Positions 11,649 through 23,527 are shown, numbered from the stretch's first letter. The stretch is 64,000 nucleotides of DNA from Myxococcales bacterium (GCA_050118535.1 JASFKR010000001.1:20277-84276); one strand, 5' to 3'. A program made the numbers and translations. The notes: a model not told the origin generated them from the sequence alone.

Positions 11649-11699
11649 CCCCCGCCCGCGCGCCGGCAACCATTGGGTTGGCACGCCGGCGCGCGGGGG
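11649..11699 (+). other. GC-rich stem-loop in the 100 bp spacer before moxR
   Basis: GCGCGCCGGC (about 11658-11667) pairs with GCCGGCGCGC (about 11685-11694), flanked by CCCCC/GGGGG. The loop is aaccattgggttggcac. No T-run follows. Confidence 0.4.
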
Positions 11700-11748
11700 A
11701 GTAGGCTCCCCCTGCGCGCTGGCCGAAAACCGAGCCAACGCGAAACCC

Positions 11749-12755
<1,007 letters not shown>

Positions 12756-12759
<4 letters not shown>

Positions 12760-13700
12760 GCCCAGCCGCCCCCGCGCAGGTGGCGGTGCTCGACCAGGAG
12801 ATCGTCCAGCGCATCGCCACCCTGCGGTTGCGCGCGCGCCGCGCCGTCGAGGGGGTGCGCTCCGGCATCCACCGCAGCCCGCACCGGGGCGCGAGCGTGA
12901 TCTTTGCCGAGCACCGCGACTACCGCCCGGGCGACGACCTGCGCCTGCTGGACTGGCGCGCCTATGCGCGCAGTGATCGCTACACGATCAAGCACTTCGA
13001 GCAGGAGACGCACCTGCGCGCGCACCTGCTCTTCGACGTCTCGGGGTCCATGCGCTACGGCGGGGAGACCGCCCCGGGCAGCGGCACCCACCCTGGCGCC
13101 CTGGGAAAGCTCGACTACGCGGCGACCCTGCTGTCGGCGATGGCCTTCATCCTGCTCGGCCAGGCGGACGCCGTGGGCGTGCATACCCTGGGCGAGGGCG
13201 TGATCGACAGCCTGCAGCCCAGAGCCCGCCCGGGGCAGCTCGACGCGATCCTGCGCGCCCTGGCCGCGCCCCCCGACAGCGACGGCCCCACCCACTTGCA
13301 CGCAGCCCTGGAACAGTGCGCCGAACGCGCCGGCCGCAGGGCGCTGATCGTCCTCGCCAGCGACCTGCTCGACTTCGAGCCGAGCGCGCTCGAACCGCTC
13401 ACGCGGATGCACGCGGCGGGCCACGACGTCATCGTCTTCCACGTGCTGCATCCCGACGAGCTCGACTTCCCCTTCGAGGCGCGCTCGCGCTTCGTGGATC
13501 CGGAGAGCGACGAGATGCTGGACACCGATCCGGAGGCCGTCCGCGAAGCCTACATGGATCGGATGGGACACTTCTTGATCGACAGCCGCAAGCGCTGCAC
13601 CGCCGCGGGCGCGCGCTACGCCCTGGCGCGCACCGACGTGCCCGTACAGCAGGTGATCAGCGCCGTCCTCTCGGGCGGCACGGTGCGCACATGGGCCTAG
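12756..13700 (+). CDS. DUF58 domain protein (MoxR partner)
   Basis: GTGA start/stop overlap with moxR. Motif HRSPHRGASVIFAEHRDYRPGDDLRLLDWRAYARSDRYTIKHFEQE is the DUF58 signature. Confidence 0.85.
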
Positions 13701-15703
13701 AGACACCCCTGGCGCTGCTGGGTTTGCTGGCGGCCGGCTTGCCACTTCTGGTGCACCGGATCCGGCGGCGGGACCTGGTGCCCATCCCGCTGCCCACCTT
13801 CGCGCTGCTGCACCAGGCCGAGGCGCGCAAGCGGCGCAGCCGCGGCCTCACCGACCTGCTCCTTCTCATCCTTCGCGTCGCCATCATCACCCTGGCATGC
13901 CTGGGCGCCGCCGCGCCCTACGTCACGGCGCGCCTGAGCTTCGGCGACGGCAGCCTCGCCAGCGTGGCGATCGTGATCGACGACTCCATGTCGATGATGC
14001 GCAGGGAGGGCAGCAGCACGTTGCTTTCGATGGCCGTGGAGAAGGCGCGCGAGGCCATCGACTCACTCCCGGAAGGCTCGGAGGTGGCGCTGGTGGCGGC
14101 CTCACGACGGCCGCGCGTGTTGCTGCGCCGGACCGACACCCTGTCGCTGGCGCAGGTCGAGCTCGACGGCATCGACGACGAGTCCATGCGCGGCACGGAC
14201 CTGAAGGGCGCGGTGGAGTTGGCGCTGGGCCAGCTTTCCGCAGCGCAACACCAGAACCGCCGCATGCTCATCATCAGCGACCTGGCCGCCCACGGCGGCC
14301 TCGATCCTCGAGACCTGGCCCTGGAGGGCGTCGAGGTGACCGTCGAGCGCGTCGGCAGCCCGGAGCCTCCGGTCAACGTGCACTTCGTGTCCGCCAGCGC
14401 CTTGCCTGACCCGACCACGCCGGGTCAGACATCGCTGGCCTTCGAGCTGGCGGCCGACGGCGAGACGCCGGCACCGGTGCCGGTGCGGGTGCGCAGCGGT
14501 GACCGGGAGGTCGCCCGCGCCGAGGTGACCCTGGTCGACGGGCGGGGTCGCACCACGGTGCACGTGCCCACGCCCGGGCGCGAGCAGGACCCCGCGGCCC
14601 TGCTCGAGATCGAAAGCCACGATGCGCTCGCCGAGGACAACGTGATGGGGGTGCTGCTGCGGCGTGCTGACGCGCTGCAGGTGATGTTCGTCAACGGCGA
14701 CCCGCACCCCGCCAGCGACGCCGACGAGCTCTACTACGCCCAGGCCGCGCTGCGCCTGGCGCCCACCTCGACCGGCGCCCTGTCTCTGCGCACGGTCGAT
14801 GCCAGCGTTCTGGGCAAGTACGACCTCTCGGGCACCGACGTGGTGGTGATGGCGAATGCGCCGGCACCTCGACCGGGGGTGGCGGCACGGCTGAAGGACT
14901 TCGTCCGTGACGGCGGCGGGTTGGTCATCAGCGCCGGCGACCGCGTCGACCCCCGCGCCTACAACGCCGCGCTGGGACCGGTGCTGCCGTGCCGGCTGCT
15001 TTCGCGAGGCGGCGGCGCGGCACTCGACATCGACTCCGGCAGCGGCGGGCCGCTGATGCCGGGTGGTCCCAGCGGGCTGTCGAAGGTGACCGTCGCGCGT
15101 CGGCTCATGCTGGAATGCGAGCACGGCGCCCAGCTCACCTTCGACGACGGCGCCCCGGCCGTGGCCGTGGGCGAAGCCGGACGCGGGCAGGCGGCGATCC
15201 TGGCGACCTCCCTCGACGACGACTGGAGCGACCTGCCCCTGCGGCCGGGCTACCTCCCGCTGCTGGTCAACCTCTTGCGACACACCTCGCGCACGCACGA
15301 TCTCCAGAGCGGACCGGTGCAACCCGGCGCCACGGTGCGGATCCCGGTGCCGCCGGGTGCCGCCCGCCTCGAGGTGGTGACCCCCGCAGGTCTCCGTCGA
15401 CGCTACGACGACCTGGACGACGAGAGCCGCGTGGAATTCTCTGACACGCGCGCCGCGGGCCCCTATCGCGTGATGGTGTCGAGCGCCGGTGGCGCCCTGG
15501 TCGACGCCCCGCGCGGCGCCTTCGTCGTGGAAGCCCCCCGTGACGAGAGCGACCTGACGCCCGACCCGGAGGCTCGCCAGCTGGTCTCGGGGGAACGGGG
15601 CGGCGGCGGCGCCACCGTGCACCGCTCATTGGCTTCGCTGATCTTCCTGCTGTTCGGGGTGGTGGTGATCGGCGAGGGGCTGGTCCGCCTGCGCCGGGGC
15701 TGA
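13691..15703 (+). CDS. BatA-like membrane protein: aerotolerance-regulator N-terminal domain + vWA domain + C-terminal anchor
   Basis: Start ATG 13691 (MGLETPLALLGLLAAGLPLLVHRIRRR), overlapping the DUF58 stop. MIDAS-like VAIVIDDSMSM. C-terminal TM segment LIFLLFGVVVIGEGL. Confidence 0.8.
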   Translation: MGLETPLALLGLLAAGLPLLVHRIRRRDLVPIPLPTFALLHQAEARKRRSRGLTDLLLLILRVAIITLACLGAAAPYVTARLSFGDGSLASVAIVIDDSMSMMRREGSSTLLSMAVEKAREAIDSLPEGSEVALVAASRRPRVLLRRTDTLSLAQVELDGIDDESMRGTDLKGAVELALGQLSAAQHQNRRMLIISDLAAHGGLDPRDLALEGVEVTVERVGSPEPPVNVHFVSASALPDPTTPGQTSLAFELAADGETPAPVPVRVRSGDREVARAEVTLVDGRGRTTVHVPTPGREQDPAALLEIESHDALAEDNVMGVLLRRADALQVMFVNGDPHPASDADELYYAQAALRLAPTSTGALSLRTVDASVLGKYDLSGTDVVVMANAPAPRPGVAARLKDFVRDGGGLVISAGDRVDPRAYNAALGPVLPCRLLSRGGGAALDIDSGSGGPLMPGGPSGLSKVTVARRLMLECEHGAQLTFDDGAPAVAVGEAGRGQAAILATSLDDDWSDLPLRPGYLPLLVNLLRHTSRTHDLQSGPVQPGATVRIPVPPGAARLEVVTPAGLRRRYDDLDDESRVEFSDTRAAGPYRVMVSSAGGALVDAPRGAFVVEAPRDESDLTPDPEARQLVSGERGGGGATVHRSLASLIFLLFGVVVIGEGLVRLRRG

Positions 15704-15708
15704 ACGGC

Positions 15709-16572
15709 TCAACCCACGCGACGGGCCTGCACGACGCGCTCCACGCCCGCCAGGTCGTCGTGGAGCTGTACGCCCGTCAGCTGCGGATCCTCCTGCAGCC
15801 AGCCCGCCACCGTCTCCGCCTGACCCGCGCCCACCTCGATCAGGAGCGCGCCGCCGTGCGCGAGGTGAGCGGGCGCCTCGCTGCAGAAACGGCGGATCAG
15901 GTCCAGCCCGTGGGGTCCCGAGGTCAGGGCCACGCGCGGCTCGTGGCGTGTGATCTCCGGCGCCAGCCCCTCCCAGTCGCCTTCCGCCACATAGGGCGGG
16001 TTGATGGTGATCAGATCGAAGCGGGCGCTCCCGTCCACGGCCTGGAAGAGATCGCCGTGGCGCAGCTGCACGCGATCCGCCACACCCAGGGCCTCGGCGT
16101 TGCGACCGGCCACCTCGAGCGCCTCGTCCGACAGGTCGCTCGCGACCACCGTCAACTCGGGACGCTCGGCGGCGAGCGTGATGGCGATGGCGCCGCTGCC
16201 GGTGCAAAGGTCCAGGGCGGAGCTTGCCCCGTCCGGCAGCGCCTCCAGCGCCCGGTCCACCAGGATCTCGGTCTCCGGACGCGGAATGAGCACCGTACGG
16301 GTCACCAGGAACGGGCGCTTGTAGAATTCCTTGCGGCCCAGGATGTAGGCCACTGGCTCCCGCGCTCGCCGCCGCTTCACCAGCGCGCGAACGGCGTCGA
16401 GCTCGGCCGGGTCCAGGGGCCGGTCGGTCTCCATGTACAGCCGCACCCGCTCGCAGGACAGGGCGTGGGACAGCAAGAGCTCCGCATCCAGGCGCGGAGA
16501 GCCCACCCCGACGCGACCGAAATCTTCGGTCATCCAGGCCAGCATGCGTCCGATGGTCCAGGACTCGGGCAC
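15709..16572 (-). CDS. prmC: release-factor glutamine N5-methyltransferase PrmC/HemK
   Basis: SAM motif LDLCTGSGAI, catalytic ITINPPYV, and EPRVAL..G..GLD. Confidence 0.9.
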   Translation of the reverse strand: MPESWTIGRMLAWMTEDFGRVGVGSPRLDAELLLSHALSCERVRLYMETDRPLDPAELDAVRALVKRRRAREPVAYILGRKEFYKRPFLVTRTVLIPRPETEILVDRALEALPDGASSALDLCTGSGAIAITLAAERPELTVVASDLSDEALEVAGRNAEALGVADRVQLRHGDLFQAVDGSARFDLITINPPYVAEGDWEGLAPEITRHEPRVALTSGPHGLDLIRRFCSEAPAHLAHGGALLIEVGAGQAETVAGWLQEDPQLTGVQLHDDLAGVERVVQARRVG

Positions 16573-16575
16573 GAC

Positions 16576-17457
16576 TCAGCGCATGCGCCGCTGCATCTTG
16601 GGCTGGGCTGCACCGCCGAGCACCTGACGCGCCAGCTTGATCAGCTCCGGCGGGTTGCCCTTCTGCAGGAACGCGGCGACCAGGTTGGGCTCGATGCGCG
16701 ACAGGGCCTGCATGGCCTCGGTGGCGCGACCGCGCTTCTTCTGGGCGATGAAGGTGTAGACTTGGGCGCGCAGGAGCATGGCGCGAATCTCGTTGCCGTC
16801 GCTGTTGGCCGGGTCGTAGGTCTCGAGCAGCTTTCGCGCTTCGCCCTCGCTGCCCGTGCGCGCGTAGGCTTCGGCCATGATCGCGGCGTAGAGGGCCTTT
16901 GTCTTGGGGTCGGGGCGGCGATCGAGGCGCACCTTGTCGGTGAGCTCCCGCGCTTCACGGGTCCGGTTGTTGCGCAGGTAGAGCATGGCGGTCTGGGCGC
17001 GCAGGTCGTCCTGCAGCACTGCCGGCGCCTTGTCCACGTCGATCTCCTCGAGCACCTTGAGCGCGGCGCCGGGGTCGGTCTGTGAGAGCAACTGCGCCCT
17101 CGCAAGCGTCTTCATGGCGTCGCTGTTGCCGGCCGCCTCGAGCTCGGCCAACGCCCGGGCCCGCCCCTCGTCGTCGGTGGCCTGTTTCATGATGTCGACC
17201 ACGGCCCGCGACTTGGAGGTCAGCCGATAGACGTAGATGCCGAAGCCGATGGCAACGGCCGTGAGCACCGCCACGATGCCCACGACCCAGTAGCCCACGT
17301 AGGGCACCAGCATGAACGCCGTGACCCACAGGATGGCGAACGCGCCCGCAATTTTGGCCACGGCGCCCCACTTGAACGTGGGCGTCTCCTGCTGGGCGAT
17401 GGCCTCGCCGAGGTCGGCGGAGAGGCCGGATTTCTTGGGCTTGGCCACGGCGGCCAA
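16576..17457 (-). CDS. membrane-anchored helical-repeat (TPR-like) protein, function unknown (TTG start as listed)
   Basis: Two TM segments (IAGAFAILWVTAFMLV, WVVGIVAVLTAVAIGFGIYVY) are followed by a soluble Ala/Leu-rich helical domain. It directly abuts the upstream gene's stop. Confidence 0.55.
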   Translation of the reverse strand: MAAVAKPKKSGLSADLGEAIAQQETPTFKWGAVAKIAGAFAILWVTAFMLVPYVGYWVVGIVAVLTAVAIGFGIYVYRLTSKSRAVVDIMKQATDDEGRARALAELEAAGNSDAMKTLARAQLLSQTDPGAALKVLEEIDVDKAPAVLQDDLRAQTAMLYLRNNRTREARELTDKVRLDRRPDPKTKALYAAIMAEAYARTGSEGEARKLLETYDPANSDGNEIRAMLLRAQVYTFIAQKKRGRATEAMQALSRIEPNLVAAFLQKGNPPELIKLARQVLGGAAQPKMQRRMR

Positions 17458-18480
17458 TTAGCCCGTCGCAGTGCGCGCGGCAAGGCCGCTGGCCATTCGC
17501 CGGTAGAGCACCGCGGCCCCGGCGCTGGTCAGCAACATGGCCACGGCCAGCCCCGATGCGGCCCAGGGGCCCAGGCGGCGGCCGACTTGATCGGCCAGCC
17601 CCACCCCCTGCCCGTAGGCCAGCACGATGTGCAGTACGTAGATGACGAGTGTCTCGCCGGCCAAGCCCAGGACCCACGACGGCAGTCGCCGCCCCGCTTC
17701 GGAAGCCCCGTCCAGACCCGCGCAACCCAGCGAGACCCAGCCCAGACGCGACAGGTGCACCGCCCAGGGGGCCACGCCCGCCGACTCGGCGCCCCACCCG
17801 AGGGCCAGCAACCCCCCGGCTACCGCCAGGAAGCGGGCGCTGCGACGACCCGAGAGCAGCCACGGGGCGAGGGCGGCGCCGATCAGCATGTGCGCCGCCC
17901 ACGGCACCAGCGGAAAGATGGAGCCGCCGGCCGGCGTGACGTAGTTGAGCAGCGGCCGCAGGGGACCGGCCGGGTCCAGTGTCGACACGAGCGGAGCCAC
18001 GCCCAGCAGGGCCACGCCGAGGGCGCCGCTGACCCACGCCACCCGCCGCGCGTCGCGCAGCCATACGGCGAGCAGCTCCAGCAGGGCCAAGGTCAGGCCG
18101 ATGCACTGCAAGACATCGGCGATCACCGCCTCGGTCAGGGCCGCGCTGCGCGCCACCGGGTCGTCCGTGAACAGCGCTGGTAGTGGAAAATGCAGCGCGT
18201 AGCCGGTCAGGATCAGCGTGCCCGCGCGCCGGAACCGGGCGGCTGCCGCGCCGGGTCGCGAGAGGTGGCGCGGCAGCGCGCGGAGGGTGGCCAGGTGAAA
18301 CGACAGCCCCGCCACGAAGAGGAAGGCGACCGAGGTCAGCCCCCGCAGCCACAGCCAGCCGTCGTGAATCGGCCCCGCCCGATAGGCGTCCGACAGCACG
18401 GCATCGACCGTGTGGCCCTGGACCATCTGGGCCGTGGCCACCAGGCGCAGGAGGTCCACGACCATGACCCGACCGACCAT
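17458..18480 (-). CDS. polytopic membrane protein, DUF1624/acyltransferase-3-like (start uncertain)
   Basis: Start set at MVGRVMVVDLLRLVATAQMVQGH, because the longer ORF would overlap pilB. Multiple hydrophobic helices. The family call is from the N-terminal D-L-L-R...H pattern only. Confidence 0.5.
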   Translation of the reverse strand: MVGRVMVVDLLRLVATAQMVQGHTVDAVLSDAYRAGPIHDGWLWLRGLTSVAFLFVAGLSFHLATLRALPRHLSRPGAAAARFRRAGTLILTGYALHFPLPALFTDDPVARSAALTEAVIADVLQCIGLTLALLELLAVWLRDARRVAWVSGALGVALLGVAPLVSTLDPAGPLRPLLNYVTPAGGSIFPLVPWAAHMLIGAALAPWLLSGRRSARFLAVAGGLLALGWGAESAGVAPWAVHLSRLGWVSLGCAGLDGASEAGRRLPSWVLGLAGETLVIYVLHIVLAYGQGVGLADQVGRRLGPWAASGLAVAMLLTSAGAAVLYRRMASGLAARTATG

Positions 18481-18683
18481 CGCTCGCCCGTTCACGGCCT
18501 GCTCACGGCTGCGCGCCCCATGCCCGAGGGTGTACGACACCGCCGGATAGGGGTCCAGGGACGCGGATTTGTATGCCTTCACTGGATCTTCCTTGACAAG
18601 ATCGTCGCCCTTCAAGGACCCTCGATCGTAAGCTTCTGGGCTTGCGCGCACCGGGCAAGCGGGCCCCCACTTCCAAGGTTGAT

Positions 18684-20390
18684 ATGTCTGGCGATCGTAT
18701 CGGTGAGCTACTCGTACGGCAGAAGCTGATCAGCCTTCAGCAACTGCGCAAGGCGCAGGAAGAGCAGCGAAAGGACGGCACTTCACTCGGCTACGCGCTG
18801 GCCAAGATGGGGTTCGTCTCCGACCAGCAGATCACCGACTTCCTGAGTCAGCAGTATCGCGTGCAGGCCGTCGACCTGCGCGAGTACGAGATCGATCCCG
18901 ACGTGATCAAGCTGCTGAACTCCGATGTCTGTGAGCGGCACAAGATCATCCCCGTCTCCCGCGCCGGGTCCTCGCTGATCGTGGCCATGGCGGATCCGAG
19001 CAACCTGCACGCCATCGACGACATCAAGTTCACCACCGGCTACAACGTCGAGCCCGTCGTCGCTTCCGAGGCGGCGATCATGGAGGCGATCGACCGCTAC
19101 TACAACCAGGAAACGAACATCTCCTATGACGAGATCATGGAGGGGTTCGACGAGGAAGAGATCGAGTTCGCCGAGGAGGAGCTCGACGAGGGCGGCATCG
19201 ATCTCGAGCGGGCATCCGAGGACGCGCCCGTCGTGCGTTTGTGCAACGCGATTCTCCTGAGCGCGATCAAGAAGGGCGCCTCCGACATTCACATCGAGCC
19301 GTACGAAAAGCAGATCCGCGTGCGCTACCGCATCGACGGCGTGCTTCACGACGAGATGCATCCGCCGATGAAGCTGAAGAACGCCATTGCGTCACGCTTG
19401 AAGATCATGAGCTCGCTCGACATCGCCGAGCGGCGCTTGCCTCAGGACGGTCGCATCAAGCTCAAGCTGGGCAAGGGCCGGGAGATGGACTTCCGCGTCA
19501 ACTGCCTACCGACGATGTGGGGCGAGAAGATCTGCATGCGTCTGCTCGACAAGAGCAACCTGCAGCTCGACATGACCAAGCTGGGCTTCGGGCAGAAGGC
19601 CCTCGAGGATTTCAAGGACGCCATCCACAAGCCCTTCGGCATGGTGCTGGTCACGGGCCCCACCGGCTCCGGTAAGACCACCACCCTGTACTCGGCCCTG
19701 TCGGATCTGAACAAGATCTCGACCAACATCTCCACCGCCGAGGATCCGGTCGAGTACAACCTGATGGGCATCAATCAGGTCCAGATGCACGACGACATCG
19801 GCCTGAACTTCGCCGCCGCCCTGCGCGCCTTCCTGCGCCAGGACCCGGACATCATCATGGTCGGCGAGATTCGTGACTTCGAGACGGCGGAAATCGGCGT
19901 CAAGGCGGCCCTCACGGGCCACCTGGTGCTATCGACCCTGCACACCAACGACGCGCCCAGCACCATCTCGCGTCTGCTCAACATGGGCATCGAGCCCTTC
20001 CTGGTCACCGCCTCGGTGAATCTGGTGCTCGCCCAGCGTCTGGCTCGACGCATCTGCTCCGAGTGCCGCGTCGAGACCGAGGTGGACGAGCAGGTGCTAC
20101 TCGAGGCGGGGTTCACGGATGAGCAGGCCAAGGGGCCGCTCTATCGGGGCACCGGCTGTCGGACCTGCGGCGACACCGGCTACAAGGGCCGCGTGGCGCT
20201 CTACGAGGTCATGCCCATGACCGACCGGCTCAAGGAGATGGTCCTGCAGGGCTGCTCCAGCGCCGAGATCAAGGCCCAGATGATCGCCGGCGGCGTCGAC
20301 AGCCTGCGCATGGCGGCCATCAAGAAGGCCCTCGACGGCATCACGACCATCGACGAAGTGCTCCGTACGACGGTGCACGACAACCAGTAA
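18684..20390 (+). CDS. pilB: type IV pilus assembly (extension) ATPase PilB
   Basis: N-terminal MSGDRIGELLVRQKLISLQQLRKAQEEQ (T2SSE_N type, closely resembling my recollection of the Myxococcus PilB N-terminus). Walker A GPTGSGKTTT. Asp and His boxes. Tetracysteine CSEC...CRTCGDTGYKGR. Confidence 0.93.
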   Translation: MSGDRIGELLVRQKLISLQQLRKAQEEQRKDGTSLGYALAKMGFVSDQQITDFLSQQYRVQAVDLREYEIDPDVIKLLNSDVCERHKIIPVSRAGSSLIVAMADPSNLHAIDDIKFTTGYNVEPVVASEAAIMEAIDRYYNQETNISYDEIMEGFDEEEIEFAEEELDEGGIDLERASEDAPVVRLCNAILLSAIKKGASDIHIEPYEKQIRVRYRIDGVLHDEMHPPMKLKNAIASRLKIMSSLDIAERRLPQDGRIKLKLGKGREMDFRVNCLPTMWGEKICMRLLDKSNLQLDMTKLGFGQKALEDFKDAIHKPFGMVLVTGPTGSGKTTTLYSALSDLNKISTNISTAEDPVEYNLMGINQVQMHDDIGLNFAAALRAFLRQDPDIIMVGEIRDFETAEIGVKAALTGHLVLSTLHTNDAPSTISRLLNMGIEPFLVTASVNLVLAQRLARRICSECRVETEVDEQVLLEAGFTDEQAKGPLYRGTGCRTCGDTGYKGRVALYEVMPMTDRLKEMVLQGCSSAEIKAQMIAGGVDSLRMAAIKKALDGITTIDEVLRTTVHDNQ

Positions 20391-20478
20391 GTCGAGGTCG
20401 ATCCGGAAGAAGGCCGGACATCCCGTCCGGTTGCAACCGATCGGTGCAGTTCGCCGCGGATCGTTGGGGGGTCGTAGT

Positions 20479-20530
20479 GCGCCCGATCGGGGGCAGATCG
20501 CCGACGATCGGGCGCGGCGATCGCATTTTT
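20479..20530 (+). terminator. compound GC hairpin(s) plus T-run downstream of pilB
   Basis: An 11 bp perfect stem: GCGCCCGATCG (20479-20489) with CGATCGGGCGC (20505-20515). A second possible stem: GATCGCC (20496-20502) with GGCGATC (20516-20522). Then GCATTTTTAA (T-run 20526-20530). Confidence 0.45.
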
Positions 20531-20658
20531 AATCTCCCGGGCAACCGCTTTGATTCCAATGACTTGCAGCCCAATCCGATCTATGAAATGACATTTTGTG
20601 ACACTACATTACGCGCCACCCATTGTCGTGTACCAGATCGCCTGCTAGCTTCCCGTTC

Positions 20659-20958
20659 ATGAGGATCTCGAACAGCTTTTCCGAGGGCGAAATCCAGGTG
20701 ATGGACTTCATCGTGCAGACGCTCCTGCGGGGGGGCACCCCCAGCATGGCCACGCGTCACAAGGAGTTCGCCTCCCTGTGCCGCAAGGTCATGGCGATGA
20801 AGGCCAAGGTCAACGAGCGCAATCGCCAGGTCCCGGAGGAGTCCTCCGTGGGCACGGTGAGCTCGCCCCATTCCGAGGCAGCCGAGACGGCCGAGGCAGC
20901 CGAGGCGTCGGAGCCGGCCAAGACCGGCAGCGACGACGACCTGGCCACCGCGGTCTGA
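20659..20958 (+). CDS. small hypothetical protein (99 aa; alternative start 20701)
   Basis: High GC3 in this frame. Acidic, Ala/Glu-rich C-terminus. No recognisable family. The overlapping 258 aa minus-strand ORF looks like a GC shadow. Confidence 0.5.
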   Translation: MRISNSFSEGEIQVMDFIVQTLLRGGTPSMATRHKEFASLCRKVMAMKAKVNERNRQVPEESSVGTVSSPHSEAAETAEAAEASEPAKTGSDDDLATAV

Positions 20959-21059
20959 GCCGAACGCCATGGTGGAACCACCACCCGTCGCGTGCCGACG
21001 GCGGGGGCCCTCCTCCATGTGTCCGCGTTCTCCCGCGCGCCCGGCCTGCCCAGTGCCCA

Positions 21060-21088
21060 TTGACACCCCGGCGGCGCTCGCGTACTCG
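21060..21088 (+). promoter_or_regulatory. candidate promoter of pyrC-carA
   Basis: TTGACA at 21060-21065, a 17 nt spacer, and a weak -10 TACTCG at 21083-21088, just upstream of the pyrC ATG at 21097. Confidence 0.25.
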
Positions 21089-21096
21089 GCCGAGCC

Positions 21097-22392
<1,296 letters not shown>

Positions 22393-22399
22393 GCGAGTC

Positions 22400-23527
22400 A
22401 TGAGCAGCGCACTCCAGCAGCCCCGCCCCTCCGCACGACTGGTCCTGGCCGACGGCACCGTCTTCGAGGGCCGCGCCATCGGCAGCGAAGGCACCACCAC
22501 CGGCGAGGCGGTCTTCACCACGGGCATGACGGGCTATCAGGAGGTCATCACCGATCCCTCCTACTGCGGACAGCTCGTCACCATGACGGCGCCCCAGATG
22601 GGCAACACCGGCGTCAACGCCGAGGACCCGGAGTGTCGCAAGCCGAGCGTGGCCGGCTTCGTGGTCCACGAGCTGTCGACCATCTCCAGCAACTGGCGGG
22701 CCGAGACCAGCCTCGACGACTACCTCGAGCGGCACGGCATCGTGGGAATCGAAGGCGTGGATACCCGCACCCTCACCCGGCACATCCGCGACCGCGGGGC
22801 CCAGATGGCGGCCATCGGCACCGACAGCGCCGAGGCGCTCCACGAAAAGGCGAAGGCCGCGCCGCCCATGGCCGGGCTGAACCTGGTCCCGCGGGTTTCG
22901 GCCGAGAGCGTCTACGAGTGGACGGAGGGGACCGGGGCCTGGGCCCTCGGCGAGGTGCCGCCGGCAAAGCGTCACGTGGTCGCGATCGACTTCGGCGTGA
23001 AGCTCAACATCCTGCGCTGCCTGGTGGACGCCGGCTGCAAGGTGACCGTCGTGCCCTCGAGCACGCCCGCCAGCGACATTCTGGCCATGGACCCGGACGG
23101 CATCTTCCTGTCCAACGGCCCGGGTGACCCGGACGCGGTCAAGGACGGCATCGAGACCGTCGGCGCGTTGCTCGGCAAAAAGCCCATGTTCGGCATCTGC
23201 CTGGGCCACCAGATCCTGTGCCTGGCCCTCGGCGGCAAGACCTACAAGCTGAAGTTCGGGCACCGCGGCCTCAACCAGCCGGTCAAGGATCTGGCCACGG
23301 GCCGGATCGAGGTCACCACGCAGAACCACGGATTCTGCGTCGACATGGACTCGCTCGCGGGCAAGTGCGAGGTCACCCACGTGCACCTCAATGACGGCAC
23401 GTGCGAGGGCATCCGTCACACAGCCTCGGGCGCCTTCAGCGTGCAATACCACCCGGAGGCCGCCGCCGGCCCCCACGATTCACGCTACCTCTTCAGGCGC
23501 TTCACCGACGAGATCGACGCCGCCTGA
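22400..23527 (+). CDS. carA: carbamoyl-phosphate synthase small (glutaminase) subunit
   Basis: GMTGYQEVITDPSYCGQ, catalytic FGICLGHQ, and VQYHPEA. Confidence 0.95.
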   Translation: MSSALQQPRPSARLVLADGTVFEGRAIGSEGTTTGEAVFTTGMTGYQEVITDPSYCGQLVTMTAPQMGNTGVNAEDPECRKPSVAGFVVHELSTISSNWRAETSLDDYLERHGIVGIEGVDTRTLTRHIRDRGAQMAAIGTDSAEALHEKAKAAPPMAGLNLVPRVSAESVYEWTEGTGAWALGEVPPAKRHVVAIDFGVKLNILRCLVDAGCKVTVVPSSTPASDILAMDPDGIFLSNGPGDPDAVKDGIETVGALLGKKPMFGICLGHQILCLALGGKTYKLKFGHRGLNQPVKDLATGRIEVTTQNHGFCVDMDSLAGKCEVTHVHLNDGTCEGIRHTASGAFSVQYHPEAAAGPHDSRYLFRRFTDEIDAA

